A stretch of 64,000 nt of DNA, from assembly GCA_004431415.1 (NCBI GenBank), contig QPMI01000078.1:124001-188000 (forward strand), read 5' to 3'. This DNA is from Cyanophora paradoxa CCMP329 (Eukaryota > Plantae > Glaucophyta). The notes beneath the pieces are model-generated. The model was not told where the DNA came from. It ran no database searches and saw nothing but the letters and a program-made list of their open reading frames with translations. Shown piece by piece: positions 57,605 through 64,000 of this stretch (positions within the stretch are counted from its first letter, which is position 1; each line of letters begins with the position of its first letter). The position numbers and the translations under genes were made by a program.

Positions 57605-59975
57605 CTAGGCGGAGGGGGCGGGGAGGGGCCCGGCGCGGGCAGCGGCGAGGAACTCGGGGATGACGCGGAAGCCGTCCTCCCGCGGGGCCGCCCGCCCAAG
57701 CTCCGCGAGCAGCTCGCGGTGCCGCTCGGAGGAGGGCGCCGCCTCCAGCCGCCCCCGCACCGCCTCCAGCTGCCGCCAGGCCGGCAGGCAGAGCGGGCAC
57801 TCGCCCCCGCTCGGCGCCCGCTCGAGGCAGCGCCCGTGGTACGCGTGCCCGCAGCCGAAGTGCGAGGCGGGCAGGTCCAGCGGCGACGCGCACGCCGCGC
57901 ACTTCGACGACTGCCGGGGGGGTACTGCGTCAGGGCTGGGGGGGGGGGGGGGGGGCGGACAAAAGGGGGGTAGGCGCGCCTGGTAGATCTCGGCGGAGGA
58001 GCGGAGGCGGTCGATGTCGGCGCGGGCGCGGGCGGTGCGCTGCCGGAGGGCCTCAGCGGCCGCCCCCTCGGCCTCCGCCACCTCGCGGCCCCAGGCGAGG
58101 GTCTTGGAGAGGTACCCCCGCACGTCCCCGAGGGTCAGGCCGCCCTCGCCGCCCTCGGCCGCGCCGGCGGCGAGGGCGCGGAAGAGAAGGAGCGGGGAGA
58201 GCGCGCCCGTCGCCTCCACGGCGTCCAGGGCGCGCGCGAGGTGCCCCGGGAAGCGCCGCGCGTTGCGGGCGAAGAAGCGCAGCGCGGCGCCCCAGGCGTG
58301 GGGGTCCGGGGCGGGGGCCCCGGGGGCGGGGCGGCGCAGGCGGCGAGGACGGCGTCGGCGTCGGCGGCCTCGATGTGGAGCCGCAGCAGCTCCCGGCGCT
58401 GGCCCAGGCGGCCCAGCAGCGCCACGAGGCCCGGCCGGAAGGCGAAGGCGTGGCAGAGGAGCAGCCCGTGGTGCGGGTCGAGGCCCGAGGCCGGCGCCTC
58501 CTCCGCCATGCGCGCCGCCCGCGCCCGCGCCCCCTCCGAGCCCTCCTGCAGCAGGCACTCGAAGAGCGCGTTCGCCACGCGCGCGGGGGGAGGCCCCGCG
58601 GCCGCCGCCGCCGCCGCCTCGAGGAACGAGAGGAGCTCCGCGCCGTGCTCGGGGCCGAAGAGGGGCAGGAACGGCTCCGGGTCCGCCCGCTGCCGCCGCG
58701 CCGGCGCCGGCGGGGTCGCCAGCGCCGGCGGGAGGGCCCGGCTCGAGACGGGGCGGGAGGAGGAGGAGCCGGAGGGGCGGCCGGCGGCCGGGGCGGGAGG
58801 GGCGAGGAGGCGCCCGAGGGCCGCCGAGGGCGCTGGCGGGGGCCGGGGGCGGCGGGGCGCTGGCGAAGTTGCTGCGGGCCGCGTCAGGCGCGCGGGGGCG
58901 GGGCGGGCCGGGACGAGGCAGAGCCCGCCGCGCACCCCGAGACGAGGTCGACCAGGAGGCCCGTCGCCTCCGCCGGCAGCTGCCGAAGGAGCTCCCGCCC
59001 GAACCTGCGCCGCCGTCGGCCGGCGCGGCGCGGAGCGGAGCGCTTTGCGGGGCGGGGCTGAAGAGGCGCACTGGAGGGCGTGGGCGAGGGCGGCGTCGAA
59101 GGGGAGGCGCCGGAGGTGGGCGAGGGCGGCGGCCGCGTCGCGCAGCTCCTCGAGCTGGATCCGCAGGTAGGCGGCGTGCAGGCCGTGCCGCCGGGCCAGG
59201 TAGAGCGCGTGGCTGTGCAGGCCGGCCGCCGAGCACGCCGCGATCGCCGCGCGCACGTCGAACGAGTGCCGCGCGGCCCCCTTCTCCTTCTCCTTCTCCT
59301 TCTCCTTCTCCGCCTGCGCCGCCGGTGAGGCGCGGGCGTGAAGCGGGGACAGAGAGGCACGCGGGGCGGACCTCGAGGTCCGACTTGCGGCCGGACTTGC
59401 GGCCCGAGCGCTCCGGCGAGCCGCTGCGGCGCGGCGCGAGCCGCCTCCGCGAGCGCTGCGAAGCCGGCGGCGGCGGCTGCTCGCCCTCCGCCGCCGCCGC
59501 GGAAGGCGCCTTGGCGGCATCCGGCGCCTCCTCCGCCCCCGCCTCGTCGCCCTCGCTGCCGCTGCGGGCGTCGGCGGCGGCGGCGGCCTCGGCGGCCTCC
59601 TGGTCGGCATCGGCGCCCTTGCGGCCGATGAAGCGCGCCAGCCGCTCCGTGTCACGCAGCGGCGCGCGCGCGCGCGCGCTCCCGGGCCTCAGCGGACGAC
59701 GGGCGGGAGCGAGGAGCGTTCTGTTACCTTGACGTAGCACTGGAGGAGCAGCGTGGTGTGCTCGCCTGATGCTCCTTTGCACAGGTGAAGCGTCTCCAGG
59801 AACTTGGTGAGGTTCTCGATTTGCGCATGCCGCGGCGCGCGCCCACACGGGTGACGTTAGATGGGAGGGGGCGGGCCCGGCTGCGGCGCGCGCCTTGCCG
59901 CGCCGCCGTAGATCAGGCGGCGGATGACGCGGGACGACTCGCCGTGCGGGATCGGCGGGCCAGCGGGGCCCGCCC
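57605..59975 (-). pseudogene. VPS11: 5'-truncated VPS11 duplicate
   Basis: Same C-terminal exons as 61284-63645; similarity stops at ~59978, so the N-terminal half is missing; upstream splice acceptors are altered. Confidence 0.75.
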
Positions 59976-60538
59976 CCGCCCAAATGCAGATGGAGATCAT
60001 GATACAGGCGCAGCTTAGCGCCAGCGCAGCATGTGCGCAAGCATTTAATGCGCATCGAAGCGCATGCAAAATGCACCGGCCCCCCAAACGGCAAGAAGTC
60101 GACGCGCTAAAAGCTTAAATTTCGATCACTCGGTTCGCGTTCAGCCGCGTTCGCGAAGCCTGCGTCGTTTTCTGGGCCGGGGATGCCAACGGTGGCGATT
60201 GCGCCCTACCCCGGTGCCACTTTTGCCCCGGCGAATGCGCTTTACCCCCGGTTGCAAAAAAACGCGGTGAAGGGAGACCAGCTGGCATGAGTGAAGGGCA
60301 TGGCTGCACCGTGCTTACTGCGCAGTGAAACGCATCACACTCGGCGCCAGACCTTCGCCGTCCGGTACGTGCAGCCCTGACCGGTGCGCTCCGCCCGCCC
60401 GCGGCGCTTGGCATGCGCGTGCGATGGAGCTCATCGTTCGAGCAGGCCAGCCGCGACCTCGCGGATCGCGGCATCGCTGCGTTCGCGGCATCGCCGCGCT
60501 CTCAGATCTTCTCCTCTTCTCCACCAAGCTAATCAGCC

Positions 60539-61000
60539 ATGGCTTCCCAGGTGCGTCGCCAGGGCCTCGCAGCGTCCGCATACATGCGTGAACGAATCGC
60601 CGCAGGATCGGAGCATTCGTGACGACTCCATCAAGGTGCGCGACAAGGTGCGCGGCGATCTTCTTCAAGTCGACGAGCTCGAGATGTTTTCCGCACGCGC
60701 TTTCTCGTCCGAGACGGACGCCAAGATCGGAGGTGAGTGCTGACGCCGACCCCTCCACCACTTTCGTTGACGTTGTCGTGCGCAGCCTTGGCTGAGAGTT
60801 TGACCAAAGACGTATCCCAGGCCACGAAGAGCTTCGACCAGGCCACGAAGAGCTTCGACCAAGTCTGCAAAGACGTCGGCCTGGGCGCGAAGGCGCTTGG
60901 ATTCGGCTTTGGAGTCGGCTCCTTCCTCGTCGGGGCCGGTGTGTTTATTCTAAGCGTCCGCCGCGGCCGTGTCCCACCGAGCGTCTCCGGCTTCGGGTGA
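60539..61000 (+). CDS. Small orphan tail-anchored-like protein, copy B
   Basis: As copy A, with a duplicated QATKSFD heptad. Confidence 0.6.
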
Positions 61001-61283
61001 GCTTATCGTCTGGCTCCGTGGTAGTGCCCTGTTGCTGAGCTCTTTCGCAGCAATGTTCCATCGCGTGTGTGACGCGCATGCTCTAGATCTTCAACGGCGC
61101 ACGTGCACGCAGCAAATTAGAGAGTTAACAGAGTCTCTCAGAGTATGTAGACAAGCGAATTAGAGAGTTAACAGCATGTGCTTGTTGCTTCTGTGGGTTT
61201 TGTGCGAATCCGCCAGCTGCAGTGTGCATGTGCATGTGACGCCGTGGCACGGTCCGTGCTTCTGGATCGTTCCGAAGTTTGGG

Positions 61284-64000
61284 CTAGGCGGAGCTCGAGG
61301 GGGCGGGGAGGGGCCCGGCGCGGGCGTGGGCGAGGAATTCGGGGATGAGGCGGAAGCCGTCCTCCCGCGGGGCCGCCCGCCCCAGCTCCGCCAGCAGCTC
61401 GCGGTGCCGCTCGGAGGAGGGCGCCGCCTCCAGCCGCCCCCGCACCGCCTCCAGCTGCCGCCAGGCCGGCAGGCAGAGCGGGCACTCGCCCCCGCTCGGC
61501 GCCCGCTCGAGGCAGCGCCCGTGGTACGCGTGCCCGCAGCCGAAGTGCGAGGCCGGCAGGTCCAGCGGCGACGCGCACGCCGCGCACTTCGACGACTGGC
61601 GGGGGGGTACTGCGTCAGGGCTGGGGGGGGGGGTGGGAAGAGGGGGTAGGCGCGCCTGGTGGATCTCGGCGGAGGAGCGGAGGCGGTCGATGCCGGCGCG
61701 GGCGCGGGCGGTGCGCTGCCGGAGGGCCTCGGCGGCCGCCCCCTCGGCCTCGGCCACCTCGCGGCCCCAGGCGAGGGTCTTGGAGAGGTACCCCCGCACG
61801 TCCCGAGGGTGAGGCCGCCCTCGCCGCCCTCGGCCGCGCCGGCGGCGAGGGCGCGGAAGACAAGGAGCGGGGAGAGCGCGCCCGTCGCCTCCACGGCGTC
61901 CAGGGCGCGCGCGAGGTGCCCCGGGAAGCGCCGCGCGTTGCGGGCGAAGAAGCGCAGCGCGGCGCCCCAGGCGTGGGGGTCCGGGGCGGGGGCCCCCGGG
62001 GCGGGGCGGCGCAGGCGGCGAGGACGGCGTCGGCGTCGCCGGCCTCGACGTGGAGCCGCAGCAGCTCCCGGCGCTGGCCCAGGCGGCCCAGCAGCGCCAC
62101 CAGGCCCGGCCGGAAGGCGAAGGCGTGGCAGAGGAGCAGCCCGTGGTGCGGGTCGAGGCCCGAGGCCGGCGCCTCCTCCGCCATGCGCGCCGCCCGCGCC
62201 CGCGCCCCCTCCGAGTCCTCCTGCAGCAGGCACTCGAAGAGCGCGTTCGCCACGCGCGCGGGGGGCGGCCCCGCGGCGGCGGCGGCGGAGGCCTCGAGGA
62301 ACGAGAGGAGCTCCGCGCCGTGCTCGGGGCCGAAGAGGGGCAGGAACGGCTCCGGGTCCGCCCGCTGCCGCCGCGACGGCGCCGGCGGGGTCGCCAGCGC
62401 CGGCGGGAGGGCCCGGCTCGAGACGGGGCGCGAGGAGGAGGAGCCGGAGGGGCGGCCGGCGGCCGGGCGGGGAGGGGCGAGGAGGCGCCCGAGGGGCCGC
62501 CGAGGGCGCTGGCGGGGGCCGGGGCGGCAGGGCGGCGGCGAAGTTGCTGCGGGCGGCGTCAGGCGCGCGGGAGCGGGCGGGCCGGGACGGCACAGAGCCC
62601 GCCGCGCATGCGCACCCGAGACGAGGTCGACCAGGAGGCCCGTCGCCTCCGCCGGCAGCTGCCGCAGGAGCTCCCGCCGAACCTGCGCCGCCGTCGGCCG
62701 GCGCGGCGCGGAGCGGAGCGCTTTGCGGGGCGGGGCTGAAGAGGCGCACTGGAGGGCGTGGGCGAGGGCGGCGTCGAAGGGGAGGCGCCGGAGGTGGGCG
62801 AGGGCGGCGGCCGCGTCGCGCAGCTCCTCGAGCTGGATCCGCAGGTAGGCGGCGTGCAGGCCGTGGCGCCGGGCCAGGTAGAGCGCGTGGCTGTGCAGGC
62901 CGGCCGCCGAGCACGCCGCGATCGCCGCGCGCACGTCGAACGAGTGCCGCGCGGCCCCCTTCTCCTTCTCCTTCTCGGCCTGCGCCGCCGGTGAGGCGCG
63001 GGCGTGAAGCGGGGACAGAGAGGCACGCGGGGCGGACTTCGAGGTCCGACTTGCGGCCGGACTTGCGGCCCGGGCGCTCCCGCGAGCCGCTGCGGCGCGG
63101 CGCGAGCCGCCTCCGCGAGCGCTGCGAAGCCGGCGGCGGCGGCTGCTCGCCCTCCGCCGCCGCCGCGGACGGCGCCTCGCCGCCCTCGGTCGCCTCCTCC
63201 GCCCCCGCCTCATCGCCCTCGCTGCCGCTGCGGGCGTCGGCCTCGGGGGCGGCCTCGGCGGCCTCCTGGTCGTCGTCGGCCCCCTTGCGGCCGATGAAGC
63301 GCGCCAGCCGCTCCGTGTCACGCAGCTGCGCGCGGGCGCGCGCCCGGGCCTCAGCGAACGACGGGCGGGGGGCGAGTAGCTTTCTCTTGCCTTGACGTAG
63401 CACTGGAGGAGGAGCGTGGTGTGCTCTCCCGAGGCCCCCTTGCACAGGTGCAGCGTCTCCAAGAACTTCTCGAGGTGCTCGATCTGCCGGTTGGATACAC
63501 GCGCGCGAAGTTAGATGAGATGAGTCAGATGGGAGGGGGCGGGCCGAGCTGGAGATTGCGGCGCGCCTTGCCACCGTCGACCAGGCGCCGGATGACGCGG
63601 GACGACTCGCCGTGCGGGATCGGGGGGCCGGCGGGGCGCGCCCCCGGCTGGCCGGCGTCCCCCTGGGGGTACCGCTGCGCCGCCTGCGCGGCGTGCTGGT
63701 AGAGTGCGAGGGACCACTGCTGCGCCGCGCCGTCCAGTCGCCCGTCCTGCCGGCGGCGCGTCGGGGCGGCGCAGAGCGGCGGAGCGGGCCCGGGGCGGCG
63801 GGGCGGAGCGGCGGGGAGGCGGTGGCCGCGCACTCAAGGGGAAGGGGGAGGGGGGGGGGGGGAGAGGGGGGGGGGGAATCGCACTCGGAGAGGTGGTCCC
63901 CGAATTTGCGGTGGACGGCGGCGAGGAGGGCCGGCGGGGCGCCGTGCGTGCGAGCCACCGCCAGCGCCGTCGAGTACTGGTGCGCTGCCCCACCGCCCGC
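61284..64000 (-). CDS. VPS11: Vacuolar protein sorting 11 (HOPS/CORVET core subunit), 3' part; 5' end lies beyond the window
   Basis: HRKFGDHL..SRVIRRL..LETLH..HTTLLLQCYVK|LRD..LYLARRHG.H..YLRIQLE (clathrin-repeat region); KCAACASPLDLPASHFGCGHAYHGRC..ECPLC RING; Vps11_C-like tail. A few 1-nt indels in G/C runs. Confidence 0.88.

Larger units (their letters stand above)
56833..63645. repeat. Tandem segmental duplication (~3.1-kb unit: ~56833-59978 and ~60514-63645)
   Basis: Near-identical exons and diverged introns across both units. Confidence 0.92.

Noticed and set aside
1-64000. Hundreds of long Arg/Pro/Gly/Ala-rich ORFs in the ORF track (e.g. 57605-60094, 61160-63958, 1190-2668, 58014-59732)
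   Set aside because: Shadow or read-through frames caused by high GC content and stop-free introns; the real proteins emerge only after splicing.

Overview
Very GC-rich, intron-dense eukaryotic DNA (alga/protist-like; the species cannot be determined from sequence alone). The ORF track is mostly noise because real genes are split by short introns (mostly 50-250 nt), many with GC-AG ends. Left to right: two tandem paralogues of a TPR-like/coiled-coil/(CCCH)/RING gene (1-9273); a 13.6-kb non-LTR retrotransposon (10456-24075, 16-bp TSD, ORF1 + APE-RT-Cys-rich-RNase H ORF2, no poly-A) interrupted inside its endonuclease by an inverted, 5'-truncated relative (14456-17363, 14-bp TSD); a young gag-only LTR element (24378-29823, identical 300-bp LTRs, AAGGC TSD); a BTB gene; an inverted, deletion-riddled gene fragment; a small secreted-peptide gene family; PLAC8; mitochondrial EF-Ts; an 8-TM double tetraspanin-like gene; eIF4E; a CotH-family gene; a TA-flanked MITE; a large acylated DUF4062-NACHT-TPR-WD40 gene ending in an AAR2-N-like domain; and a tandem duplication of a small tail-anchored gene plus VPS11. 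The most striking unexplained signal is a pervasive mutational signature: paralogue comparisons show repeated 6-nt insertions that turn a triplet XYZ into XYZ-revcomp(XYZ)-XYZ. These are frame-preserving, enter coding exons, and stack into palindrome chains. Also notable are pentamer microsatellites built from branch-point-like motifs sitting just upstream of 3' splice sites. Gene models were spliced by eye, and several 1-nt deletions in G/C runs look like assembly errors.
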